A stretch of DNA of 64,000 bases from contig BDGG01000018.1 of assembly GCA_001949185.1 (NCBI GenBank), positions 558,001-622,000 on the forward strand, in the 5' to 3' direction. Numbering within the stretch: the stretch's first letter is position 1; every line of letters begins with the position of its first letter. A program made the position numbers and the translations under genes. The notes under the pieces were generated by a model. The model was not told the DNA's origin and did not search any database. It worked only from the letters and a program-made list of their open reading frames with translations. Source of the stretch: Ramazzottius varieornatus (lineage: Eukaryota; Animalia; Tardigrada). Below, piece by piece: positions 1 through 11,590 of the stretch.

Positions 1-805
1 AGGGTACTCCAGTCCGTTCATGTGGCGCTGCGACCATCCAATGCCCACGCAATGCTTGATTTGAAACTCAAAAACTTTATCGAACAAGCACAAGTCGGCA
101 ATTGCCGAAGACGAAGATGGTCGTGAGCATGTGGTCGATACTTTGTAGGCTCGGTAGTCTTCACAAGCCATCAACCATCGTGCCAAAAAGGAGACACTTT
201 AAAGAAGTTCTGAGAAGGCTGGTGCGTGGACCGAGGATTGTTGCGGGCCAAGACACTGATGAGGTCTTCAACGAGTGCGAGCGGCGTGCTAAGGGAATGG
301 CTGAATACAAGCTGAAACATCTAGTACTAGTCCATCACTTTCATATTACAAATTCTTGTCGTTCATTTTTGCTGGACCTCTTGTACACCCTTTATTCCCA
401 TGCTGAGTGTCGGGCGTTCGAGGGCTGGACTGTGTTTACATTGTGATTGTTGTGAGGGTGAGACTGAGTCCGAAAATCACTGTTCAGCTGTGGTGTCGAA
501 AGTTCAGCAGGAACTAGCCTGTACCCAATCTGCCAAAGAGAATGTTTAGGACATTACCACAGTAGCTTTCTCCGCTATGTGGTACAGTTGGTGCGATAAT
601 AAAGGGTTGTTGTACGGACCTCTCCCATTTCAGCAAGGTCACCGCCAAGTGCTTCGTCGGCTTCACTTTGGCGCAGATGGAGACCAGGTATTTTGTTGAT
701 AACGAATAGTATCGCGTAGCTCACCGAGAACGCCCACGCAGCCTGTGACACGGTGGGTCACTTTCAGTACGTAACAAACTTCGGAGAAATGGAAGGACAA
801 AATGG

Positions 806-910
806 AGGCCGGTGAACGAACTTAACGCGATGGTTTTGCAAGTGGCGCATGCGTGCGGCCCAAAGCCGTGAAAATGTGCGCCACTTTTGTGCGTTTCATT
901 TGCCGGCCTT
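806..910. repeat. GGCGCA-N27-TGCGCC palindromic element, 1 unit (Amt intron)
   Basis: AAGTGGCGCA 840-849 and TGCGCCACTT 877-886 with a 27-nt spacer; AGGCCGG/CCGGCCT ends. Confidence 0.85.
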
Positions 911-1227
911 GCTAATGTTTGAGCGTGCTTACAATGAGGGCAAATACGCCTGTTTGGTAGACAACCTGTATTCAGTTTCCTTCAATCATTCCACCGCGCG
1001 ACGGTGTGCCGTCCAAGTCTGTGATCCACTTTTGTGCAAACACCCCAGTCAGCACCATGCCCAGGAAGCCGCCAACACCATGCAAGCTTCCCGCATCGAA
1101 GGAATCGTCGATACCCCATCGCTTCTTCAAGCGGGAGCTGGTGTAACACCCCAGCGAAACCAGAGCCCCAATCACAATCGCCGCCCTAAACAATCCAAAT
1201 CGTTCATCAGTGATGCATGAACTCAAC

Positions 1228-1350
1228 CGCGGGCTCGACAAGCAAGCTCGACCAGATCTTTTACAAGTGGCGCACTTCCTCCGTATAATTGGCTGAAAGA
1301 GTGCGCCTCATGGGAAAAACCGATCCGGACGAATTTGTTTGCCGAGCTGC
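1228..1350. repeat. GGCGCA-N27 palindromic element, 1 unit (Amt intron)
   Basis: AAGTGGCGCA at 1265, TGCGCC at 1302, TTTGCCGAGCT end. Confidence 0.85.
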
Positions 1351-2019
1351 CAGACACCGTCTGGGTAGATTTTGATCGGACATACCACGGAGCAACGAAG
1401 CCAGAAGCAGGTGTGATGCCGAGCAGGCCGGCGATGACGCCCGAGCAGAAGCTAAAGGACGACAACTTGCGGGTGAAGATGAAATCGAACCATACCCAGG
1501 TCAGACCGCCGGCGGCTGCCGATATCGTCGTCACCACACCAGCCTGAAGAAAGATCTTCAGGAATTCGTGACTCTAACCACGACAACCGACCAAGAATGT
1601 AGGAATATACCATGGCAGCTCTGGTATTGGCGGCTCCGGCTGCTGCTGCATTGAATCCTAACACGATCAACAAGAGAGGTTACAGTAACTGTACGGCGGG
1701 AAGTTTGATGAGTGTGATGGTAGCTGGATTACCGAACCAGAGGACTCCAGTGCCGAACATCATGTTGACCAGGTTGTGGTGTTCCGCGTGGATAACCTTG
1801 CGTTTGCCCAGGACTAACACGTAGGCCAAGCCGGAGAATCCAGCGGCGACGTGGATTGGACCTCTGCCGGCAAAGTCATACACACCGATGAAGCACGGGT
1901 TTTCCAAAAAGTCAGGCTCACCCAGACAGGAAAAGTTTCTCAGGAAACCATGGTCCGCCCATGTCCTGCATGGAGACGGTTTTCATCGAACCAAGACTTA
2001 AATTAACCCCAGATCCATA

Positions 2020-2210
2020 TGGCACGTCGGAAAATAAATTCACCGAGATCGGTTTCCCAAGTAGCGCACGCATTCAGCTAATAACAGCGGAGAAGTGCGC
2101 CACTGAGGAAAACAATCAAGCACAAAAGATAGTTTTTCCCAAGTGGCGCACGCTGTCAGTTGTGGACAATGAAATCGTGCACCACTTGGGACAAGGATTT
2201 GATCGAACCA
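2020..2210. repeat. GGCGCA-N27 palindromic element, 2 units (Amt intron)
   Basis: Units start at 2059 and 2141 (82-bp period); both spacers are 27 nt. Confidence 0.85.
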
Positions 2211-2703
2211 GTAAGCAATAAAGTCGTATACGAGAGCTGTCCAAAAGAAGACAAAGATCAAACCCGGAACGATCCGAGTTCGTTCAGGTACGGAGCTAAA
2301 GACCAAGGCAGCCGCGATGCCGGCAAACTGCATGTGGTAGACCATGAAAGCCACGGTGGGTATCTGAGGTGCCGTATGCGGAAAAGCGTGGGTTCCCAAC
2401 CTGTAGTAGTAAAGAGTGAGAGACTCCAAAAATACTTTTTCAACTAGTCGCGACGAAGACCTGGATACCGTACGTGTTCAGAGCGCCCGGGTGAAGTCAC
2501 CAGTGAACGGGCTACCGGTCTCCGAGAAGGCCAAGCTGAAGCCGGAGAGGAAGAACTGGATACCTGACGACAGCCAGTGACATCATGCATAGTAGCATTA
2601 GAGACAAGGCACTGCTAAACTTGGATAAGCCGGAGTAGAAGAGTGTCAGACCCTGATGGAGAATCCATGTGACAAACAGATCAAATGAAGAGAGACTTGC
2701 GCA

Positions 2704-3108
2704 CTTACGGAGTCATGAAGAAGACCAATGCAGCTCCCCAGATGATGAAACCCGTGGATGGTGAACCAGTGTCCACCGGCATAATCAGGGCAGGTGGAAC
2801 CGTTGTTAGCCTCAGAAACCTCGTATGATTTCGAACCATTTTTTGTTATCCAAGAAGAACCAGGAAGTATCTCAGTGGTAAAGCTATACCTCAAGTGGCC
2901 AGTCGGCCGGCAAACGAAAGGTTCAAGACCGTCTTGTTAGGTGACGCACGCTTCCGCCCAATAACAGCGAGAGCGTGCGCCACTTGGATAAAGGATCTGG
3001 GCGAGTTTGATTATTCTCCCAAGCAGCGCACATTGTCATTGTTAACAGCCGAAAGTGTGCGCTACCTGAAATAACAATCCTTTACACTTCGTTTGCCGAT
3101 AGTGCGTC
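2704..3108. repeat. Near-identical direct duplication, copy A (copy B at 7539-7944)
   Basis: About 405 bp with only about 5 differences, at an offset of 4836 bp. Covers Amt exon 1, its upstream region and a palindromic element. Confidence 0.92.
2900..3095. repeat. GGCGCA-N27 palindromic element, 2 units (upstream of Amt ATG)
   Basis: Units at 2939 and 3021 with 27-nt spacers. Confidence 0.85.
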
Positions 3109-6100
3109 GATTGCGCATAATGGATGTCGGCACTCGGCAGCCCTATTTCCGACGCAAGGCTCCGAAGTCAAAGTGTTCACGCGGGAATCGAGTTCAAAGT
3201 TTTGGGACACCAAGGGCAAACTCGAATTGCTGGCGCATTCTGGTGTAAGAGCATCAAGGAGCAAGATTCTGAAATCCGTTCGAACATCTGACCATTGGTC
3301 AGACTGCTATATCAGGAACATGTTAAAAGGGGTTCGTTTTTTGACTGAGAAAGTTTTGACGTCGCAGTGGTGTCACACCGAGTAAAAACTATTACATTAA
3401 AGTTTGTACGCATAACGGCGTTCTTCTTGTGAGTCATCAACCGGACACTGCCTCCCTGAACACGGTTTCAATGGCAATTTCTGGTTGACCATCCGCCATG
3501 TCGGATCACAACTCCTCAAGTATACGGCTGCAATGTCAAGCTTCGATCGATCGGTTCAGAGTCAGGAACTCACTTGGCCAGGAAAAGTGTCTATAGAGAG
3601 TCCAGATTCGCCAGCATCAGGGAAGATGGAACCCCGCAGCTGCTACGCAGCGAAGGTGACTCTCCGTCGTCCTCCACAAAAAGTGCTTTTCAAACGCGTC
3701 GACACTTTCGCGTCGAAACTGCTGATTAGAAATCGTTCAGCTGTACCAAAACTACAAAAAAAGTATGTTGTTTCATCTTGACAGGCGGCGGTTTCAGTGG
3801 ACCTGTGCTGGGAGCCTGCAATATCGCGTGGTGGACGAATCAAAGCTGTTTTCCTGAAACGGCTGACACGCTTTCTCCTATCAGCAAATGCATGAACGGA
3901 CAGCCAAATAGCCACAAACCCTTGGAAAAAACCGAGAGAATCAGAAGCACAGGAAGAGCTTTCGCGCAACCCATTTTCGCTTACAACAGTAATGTTTTCA
4001 GCATTTAGGGTAGTTGTGAAAAGTTAATATTTTAGTTTCCTGTCAAGGTCGTGCGGTCTTGACACTTTCAGTAATCAGCACAAGGAATGAGTTACACGAA
4101 GAGTGGTTGTGAGTTTACATGTTTGCCTCGGGACATGAGCTGCGGCTTGTCCGTATGACGAGGTTTGCCGACAAAACGACCAAACTGAGCACTCTTGATT
4201 TTAATAACGGTTTCCAAGTTAGGTTCGCTTTCTTGCCATCTTCTCTGATTTTCGATAAGAATACGGATACTGTCGAATCAGCAAGCGAGGTTGCCCGCAG
4301 GTACAGCGCGAGCGTTCCCGAGTCTTCTAGAAGTGACTAGAACAAGGTGAGTAAGCGAGCGGTCGAACGTGTTTGACATTCGGAAGATATGCCCCTATTT
4401 ATCCTCCGGCGGTAGCGGTTTGACGGTCGAGCAGTGACGGGTAGGAAGCACACTTGCGATTTTCAGCTCGTCGTGTCTGACGCTGTCATTCCACGTTGCA
4501 GTATCGCCGGAGAACCGTGACGTAAACACCTGTTGTTTCCTCTGGCCATATCTCGCTGGACACCCGTGCCCTCGCTCCGTTTCAGGGAACGCAAAGACTG
4601 CAATTGTACATCTGGAAGGAATGGAGGAAGGTGAGAAAACTTTATTGCATTGGACCCACATGGATACGAGACTGCGGGGTTTTGCCGAAGTCGTGGCAGC
4701 TGGTACGACGTGAGCACCTTGTCGCAACCAGCCACGTTGTCCCATCGAATATCCGATCGTTAGCTTGGGTCACCACTCTCTGACCACCATCTTGAATCAA
4801 TAACGAGCCTTACTTTATTCGTAGGTACCACGCCACGTGAAATGAAGATTGGCGATACAAAATACATTATGAAACCGTTGAAATCGGTCACCCTGGAATT
4901 TGCTCTCGAAGGAAAGAACGACATCTGTATTATCGGCGGGATAATTTATTTACTTGAGGTCAAGCCAGGTAAGCGGGAGCAAATCAGACAAACTATGTAA
5001 CTGGAATTCGTAACCCCCCCCCCCCCCCCCCCCGNNNNNNNNNNNNNNNNNNNNNNNNNNNNNNNNNNNNNNNNNNNNNNNNNNCCCCCCCCCCCCCCCC
5101 CCCCGAGGGCTATGTGAAACTGGCCAGTAACATGCAAGTCTAGTGATTCAGCGCTGCGGTCATCTAACTACCTGCTTTGTTGCAATAATCTAAAGCTCTT
5201 TCGTCTAGAGGAGGAAATACTTATCACAGATACCAATGTCGACTCAGTTATGGAACAAGTAGATTCATCATTTTCCAAGTTAAAAGCCACAGAAGGTATG
5301 TTTGACATCGGACTGACTTCTGTATATATAGATCTGCAACGTTGTTCTGGTTGATACGTGTTTCCGAGTTTGCACCGCGTCATTGTTATCTTTTCAGATG
5401 ATATAACTACCGCCCATATCGGAAACCATAGTGCTAACCCGTCTGCAAAGAGCGGTCGGGATTCTCTTGTCGAATCTAATACAGATGCACTTCCGGGTAA
5501 GTTGTACTGTGGGCGTCAGTAAAGAAGGTTTGTACCAAACACGGCTAAGAGGTCCTTATTCCAGGTGCGGGAAGCGTTGTCGAAAGTGGATCTGCCGATG
5601 GAATCATTCATGGTCAAAATATTACTCCTAAACTTTTGGATCATGCTTTTAATTGTGAGCCTTCAACTTCAAGCACGCCTCAAGGTGAAAATATCCAAGC
5701 ATCAGGTATGATACCACGTCTTCAGTGACAAAATGGACGTGTCGCTATACCCTGGACCGTAAACTTTTCTCGACCTTAGGCCAAAACCTTGAAACACATA
5801 AGACATCGGAAGAGAGCCTTGAAAAGGAAGAGATGCGCAAAGCGTGGGATCGCGTTAACCAGCGGAAAGTCTGCCCAAAGCATGCCACCATGGATTTATT
5901 TGGCCTTGTGTATCAGGACCGAAGACGAACGTTGATATCACAAATAGACGAAGTCCCGAGAGAAAGAACGACTGTTCCGGCCTATCGCTACACGGAAGAC
6001 GGATTTCTCGACAGAGTCTACAGTAAGCCAGTAGTCCGCAAACCGATAAGTTTGCAATTTTTGCATTACCGGTGCTTACAGATACTTCTATTAGGGACCT

Positions 6101-7249
6101 TGCAAAACACCCAGATGAATCGAACAAACGAAAACTAATTGGTTTTGGGAGCCACAGTTTGTTAAAGCATTGGCTGAAACTTTTGGCAGGTTGCAAAACG
6201 CGTGAAAGTTTGAGCTAAACGACGGAACAAAGTTAAACAAATGTTCGTGACTGGTTGTCTGCCGTGGAAGCTTGGTTGGCAGTAATTAGCCCTCCAAGTT
6301 GAAAAAAAGAGCTGGCCAAAATGCATTTTGATTGTCTGATTGTTCAGAGTGGAAGCCCTGCATTGCCCGGGCACAGATGACGCCTTCCACTGCTTATCGC
6401 CAGCCAAAGCATTACTGAAGGCAACTCGGGAAAGGCCCTGAAGGCCCTTCGGGATTCACGAATGAAGCCCCCCTTCGTTTCGTGATTCGCGAGGCGAATT
6501 ATTAATCATGGGTTTTTGAACATTTCCAAATGCAATCGTTTTGACCAAACCGTCGTTTGTCAAACCATCTACGCAAATGGAAGGTCTCTGTTGTTCTAGA
6601 TTCAATGACAGATGCTGGGATAAAAAGAGACAAGAACACCGTGCTCGGGTGGTTCAAGGATTTTATCAAAGAAGGCCGAACGGAGACGCATGGTGTACAG
6701 CAGCGGAATGATTTGCAAGCATTGGCTCCCGTGCAACCTCCAAGCGTCTCGCAGCAAGCGGGAGCGTCTACCAGCGAAAGCCAATCGAGTGAACTGCAAG
6801 CAGAGCTTCCGGATCCTAACCAAAGCCGCCCGTCCCGAAATGGACGACGACCTTCCCCATGATTACCTTTCCTAAAAGTCTTCTTCGCAGAATAGCAGTT
6901 ATTGGAGTAAGCTCGCTCGGTCACGACTCCCACCGGGAACGTCTACCCATTTAACAGCTAGCTGGCCTCACTGGGAGATAGTTTGGACGTTTTAGTCTCC
7001 TCCATGATAGTTAGTCTCATATATCTCGTATATCGTTAGTCTCATCCATAATATTGCTCTGTCGCGCTAATAAAACAAAACAAAGTCCGACTTCACGTAC
7101 TGTACGCCGTTCTTTTCCAGATAAACCGATCGAGTAAGGTCCCTGATGTTGTGCATACCAGGCCATGAAGTTCCGCATACGTACAAACATGCGTTTGCTG
7201 TCATCAACAGGTACGCAAAACCGGAGAACCGAGAGGCGATTTGAACAGG

Positions 7250-7675
7250 TTCCCCGCAACCGCAAAATCGTATACGCCGATGAAGTATGGATCCTCAACA
7301 CATCCAGTTCACCGGCAGTGCCGGTGAACTGGATGTGTTAAACCATAAAAGCAACGGTGGGTATTCGAGGTGCCGACACCGAACAGGAAGAGCTGGGTAT
7401 CAACGGCGGTCAGCGACTCTAAGCAGAGCAACATCAGCAGGAAGGCACTGCCCAACTTTGATAGGCCGCAATAGGAGTGCCAGACCCTGACGGAAAAGTC
7501 CACGTGAAAAGCCGACCGAACGAAGAGAGAGCTCAGAACTTACGGGAGTCATGAAGAAGACCAATGCAGCTCCCCAGATGATGAAACCCGTGGATGGTGA
7601 ACCAGTGTCCACCGGCATAATCAGGGCAGGTGGAACCGTTGTTAGCCTCAGAAACCTCGTATGATTTCGAACCAT
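7250..7675 (-). pseudogene. Second, internally deleted MEP-type ammonium transporter copy
   Basis: Exon 1 is nearly identical to copy 1 (..GAALVFFMTP). Exon 2 is diverged and jumps to IPTVAFMV-like and then FIGVYDFA-like remnants. Confidence 0.8.
7297..7339. repeat. Perfect 43-bp palindrome (21-bp arms, 1-nt loop)
   Basis: AACACATCCAGTTCACCGGCA-G-TGCCGGTGAACTGGATGTGTT. Confidence 0.95.
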
Positions 7676-7736
7676 TTTTTGTTATCCAAGAAGAACCAGG
7701 AAGTATCTCAGTGGTAAAGCTATACCTCAAGTGGCC

Positions 7737-7935
7737 AGTCGGCCGGCAAACGAAAGGTTCAAGACCGTCTTGTTAGGTGACGCACGCTTCCGCCCAATAA
7801 CAGCGAGAGCGTGCGCCACTTGGATAAAGGATCTGGGCGAGTTTGATTATTCTCCCAAGCAGCGCACATTGTCATTGTTAACAGCCGAAAGTGTGCGCCA
7901 CTTAAAATAACAATCCTTTACATTTCGTTTGCCGA
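7737..7935. repeat. GGCGCA-N27 palindromic element, 2 units (within duplication copy B)
   Basis: Duplicate of 2900-3095. Confidence 0.85.
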
Positions 7936-8124
7936 TAGTGCGTCTATAAAAAATCGTGCACCAAAAAACAATTGTATCAATGAAGTCCTGAATATGCTCC
8001 ACGCCGCTGATCAAAGAGAATATGAAGGTACAAGAAGAGATCCAGCCGCCTCAGCCTGGACGGATCCGTCTGAAATTCATTCAAAAGGCGGTAGCTAGGA
8101 CATTGTCTGTCTTTTTCCGATATC

Positions 8125-11100
8125 CTACTCCAGACTGACGTCCGATTCGGGTATCACAGCTTGGACACACAAGACCGGCATCGATTTGCTATTCCGCAGC
8201 AGATGTATCTACAAGTCACAAACCCGAACATTTGTGCTCAGCAACCTAATTTTTCAAACGTTCCGTTTATTCATACTGTAATCGAGCCTTGCTTCGTCTG
8301 TTGTCCGACAAAGCGGAAAGACCGCGCGAAGACGAATTTGCCTTGCGGCACCACGAACGGAAGCTGAAACAACAGAAGGGTTTCACTTTCTGGGTCTACT
8401 ACAGTGAAAGGTAACCGCGTACTACTGTACAAGTAAAACCCACTTCCACAATAGTCTGCTTCATGTCGTACATGTTCCGGTCAACTTCGATAAAGATACC
8501 GTAGCCAACTAAGGGTGTGGTCGAGGAAGTGTTTTGCACTATTACGGTCAACTTGAACCACGGACCGGATCCCAACAACTGCAAAATGCATCCACTTCCG
8601 CTCAGTGCAACCTGTAGCACTACATTTTGGCACAAGATGGACAACTTACCTGTGGGGTGATGATGATATCGTTCTTGACAGAGCCACTTCCAGCTTGAAC
8701 GTGCATCGACTCGGCGTACCGTTTGTTTATCTCGTACTTCATCCTGCTTAGGTTATCGAAGATGGCCGTGTTCGTTCCTGTAAAATCGTACGGCTGACGT
8801 TTCAGAAAAGATTGCCATGCGATTCTCTGTAACCCAAAAGTGAAAGGCCGGCGAATGAAACGTGCAAGATCGTTAGCGCAAGTGGCGCATGCTTCCAGCC
8901 AATAACGCCCTAAACGTGCGTCACTTGGGGGATTGCTTTCTCGGGTGGCGCACGGTTTGCTTGTTATTGGCTGGAAGCGTACGCCACTTAAGATAACGAT
9001 CTTGCAGGGTTCGTCTGTCGGCTTTCCAAATGAATACTGCTTACTTTTCGGGTTCTCTTTCTCTCTTGCCGTTTGCTCGAAAAACATCTTGGACTTTTTG
9101 GGCAGTACGCTCTCCAGCGGTCTGAAAATTCGTTCTTGAACGACCGGATCGAACTTGGCCCGGCGCCGAATCAAGCGGATGAGAACGGTCCCATCTGAAA
9201 GCACCCTCTGTAGTTTGATGGGAGACCAGCCTTCGCCGTGAGGACTTACTGCGGAGAACGAAGGCCATGGCGCCTTCTTCCCGGTCGAACCGTCCATACT
9301 TCATGGCAATGACCACATCGTCGTAGGTCGACACGTCGACCAGCTGGTCATCTTTGAAGACATACACTTCCTTGTTGGCTAAGGCAATTGCTACCGCCCG
9401 CAAGCCGCTGGCTTCGTACTTGATCACCTCGGCGCAAGCAATGGCTGCGCTCAGCTTGTGCTGCAGCTCGTTGTTCTTCTACAATCCCCCAAAAACCATT
9501 AGAATCCGAGGGCTCAGCAGACAAACTCGACAAGATCGTTCCCTCCAAGTGGCGCACGTTTTCCGTGTTTATGGCTGGCAGCGCGCGCCACTTGAAAAGC
9601 GGTCTTGTCCAGCTTGATTGTTTTCCCAAATGGCGCACCTGTTCGGTCTAATTCGTTGGGCATTGTGCGCCACTTGGAGAAACGATCTTGCGGAGTTTAT
9701 GGGCCGAGCTCGTATCTACTGTAAGACAGCTTTGGTCTTTATGAAGTGAAATTACGTACCCCTTTGTAAAAGTATACGGTCTCGTCCATACAAGGTACCA
9801 CCAGATACTTGCCGGTACTCAGAACCGTGATGGGTCGATCGTTTGGAGAAACAGATACAATTTCCGAGTAGCTGAAAAAGACAGGCAAAACAGGGACAGG
9901 AAATTCGATAACGCACAAATAAAACAGCCAGTTTTACTCACTCTTTAGTTACGGTGTATATTTTGCCATCTCGGCAGGAGACGAACAATCGGTACCGTTC
10001 TTGGAAGGTTCCGTGAGTGGCCACTGTCACCGGGACATCGGGCATGTCATGTTGGGCTTTGGTGGTGTTGGACAAGGCGTCGACGATGAGGACTTGCCGG
10101 TTCTCCGTGCCGACCACCAGCAACTGGTCGCTGCTTTCGTCTTTGAGCTTGTTGTTGACGGTGGTCATGCAAGTGATGCTTGTGGAGCGGTACAGAGGCT
10201 TGTCAACGTGCTCCTGCAGGAAACCTTCCCTCTCTTCGTGGGGCAGCATCAAAAGCCTGGAACGTACGATCGACAATGCAAAGGTTGATGCTCGTTCCAC
10301 ACAGGGCAATGAAAAATAGGCTTACGCTCTCGATCGTTGTGATAAGGCGGAACTTGGGTGAGCCTCGAGGAGGGATGTCAGTCTGTTGACAAGGTCGACC
10401 ACTCCGATATTCTTCTGTCGACCGCACGCGAAAGTTTTCAATTCTCGACCATGTAAACCAGCAAGAACAAAACGACGAGTCGTGCTTACTTCTTTTGCAT
10501 TGAGCCATAGATCAGCTTCCTCCTCGAGTGGAGAAACGGGTGGAAGCTGATAGCGGCATAAAGGCTTCATGCTTTTGTAAAGCAAGACCATGTTTCCGAC
10601 AGCAACAGCGATGGCTGGAAGGATAGAAGCCCGCATCAAGCTGCTCCTGGAGGTCAAGGAAGATGAATCAGTGCATGGAAGGAGGAGGGAAGCTCTTACC
10701 GGGGATAACTCGACGTGCTGTGTCCGCAGGCTCGAGGTTGAGGGTCAGCACGGCCGAAGGAAACTCCGGCAACTTGAAAGCGTCCCTCCACGTCTGACCT
10801 AGAGTGAGATTGAATCGGGAGATAGGGAAGGAAATGCAGAGGTGGTGGTGGTGAAGAAGACCGAGGGTGAATTGATTTACCGTCGAGGGCGCGAAGGCGA
10901 ACTTCTCCGCTGGACTGGCTGAGCTCGCCCGCAATCAGCGCCCATCTTCCCTCTCCCCGAAGGTCCGTCAAAGCCATGCAGCTTCCGAAAGTAAAAACCT
11001 TGGCGTCCTGATCTTCGACCAAGGTAATCCACTTGGACTCATTGGCAGCAGCTGGCGGAGGTGTGGACGATGAGCCAGCAGACAAGACGGCTGCGGCGAC

Positions 11101-11154
11101 GGCAGAAGTGGGAAAGGGAAGACTGGTGGTCGAATTGCCCTTCTTCAAAGCCAT
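8125..11154 (-). CDS. BBS1: Bardet-Biedl syndrome 1 protein (BBSome subunit), multi-exon
   Basis: KWITLVED..VFTFGSCMALTDLRGEG, ITCMTT..LLVVGTEN, MKYGRFDREEGAM, GPWFKLTVIVQNTS. The last exon ends with TAG at 8125-8127. Confidence 0.9.
8843..9025. repeat. GGCGCA-N27 palindromic element, 2 units (BBS1 intron)
   Basis: Units at 8880 and 8943. The spacers are in opposite orientation (CTTCCAGCCAATAAC vs GTTATTGGCTGGAAG). Confidence 0.88.
9508..9712. repeat. GGCGCA-N27 palindromic element, 2 units (BBS1 intron)
   Basis: Units at 9547 and 9628; GGGCTCAGC/GCCGAGCTC ends. Confidence 0.88.
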
Positions 11155-11590
11155 CCTTATTACCTGCCTCGATCACTTCTCCACATTCCAGTGTGTGAAA
11201 AATGCTTGATAGATCCCCAGAAACGGGATGAGAAACACCGTGGTTGGATTTCATAAAGGCTCAAAATTGATCGATTCTATGGCCACGACAAGGTTGGTTG
11301 TGCAGGTGGGCCGATCATTCGCTACTTGGATATCATTCCTGTGTGAGTGCGATCGATTTTATGTGTTTCGAACTCTGAATCCTGGATACAGCACTCGTCT
11401 TGACGTTAACTCTACCGGAAAAAAATACCTACTTTCAAAACAAAACTAAAGGAAAATGAGTGCATAACCGATCCTACCGAGGAAAAGGTTGCAAGGTCAA
11501 TACAAGAAGCAAAAATTAGGAAAAATAAAATCTGAAAGACGAAAACTGTGGCTCAAGTGCGCATGTCAGTAACGAAACGTGAATTTTGAC

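Larger units (their letters stand above)
392..2839 (-). pseudogene. Ammonium transporter, MEP/AMT2 (fungal-like) type, multi-exon, disrupted
   Basis: Exons encode LVFFMTP-GLTLFYSG, QFAGIAAAL..PER, YDFAGRGPIHVAAG, ITPASGFV, DDSFDAGSLHGVGG and INKIPGLHLR..GE. There are frameshifts near 2709 and 2563 and an in-frame TGA at 972-974. Confidence 0.85.

Noticed and set aside
5014-5104. Poly-C tracts around N run
   Set aside because: Assembly gap in a homopolymer; the true structure is unknown.
3100-7000. Possible degenerate transposase ORFs (5725-6138, 6557-6862)
   Set aside because: There are no convincing catalytic motifs or TIRs, so no call is supportable.
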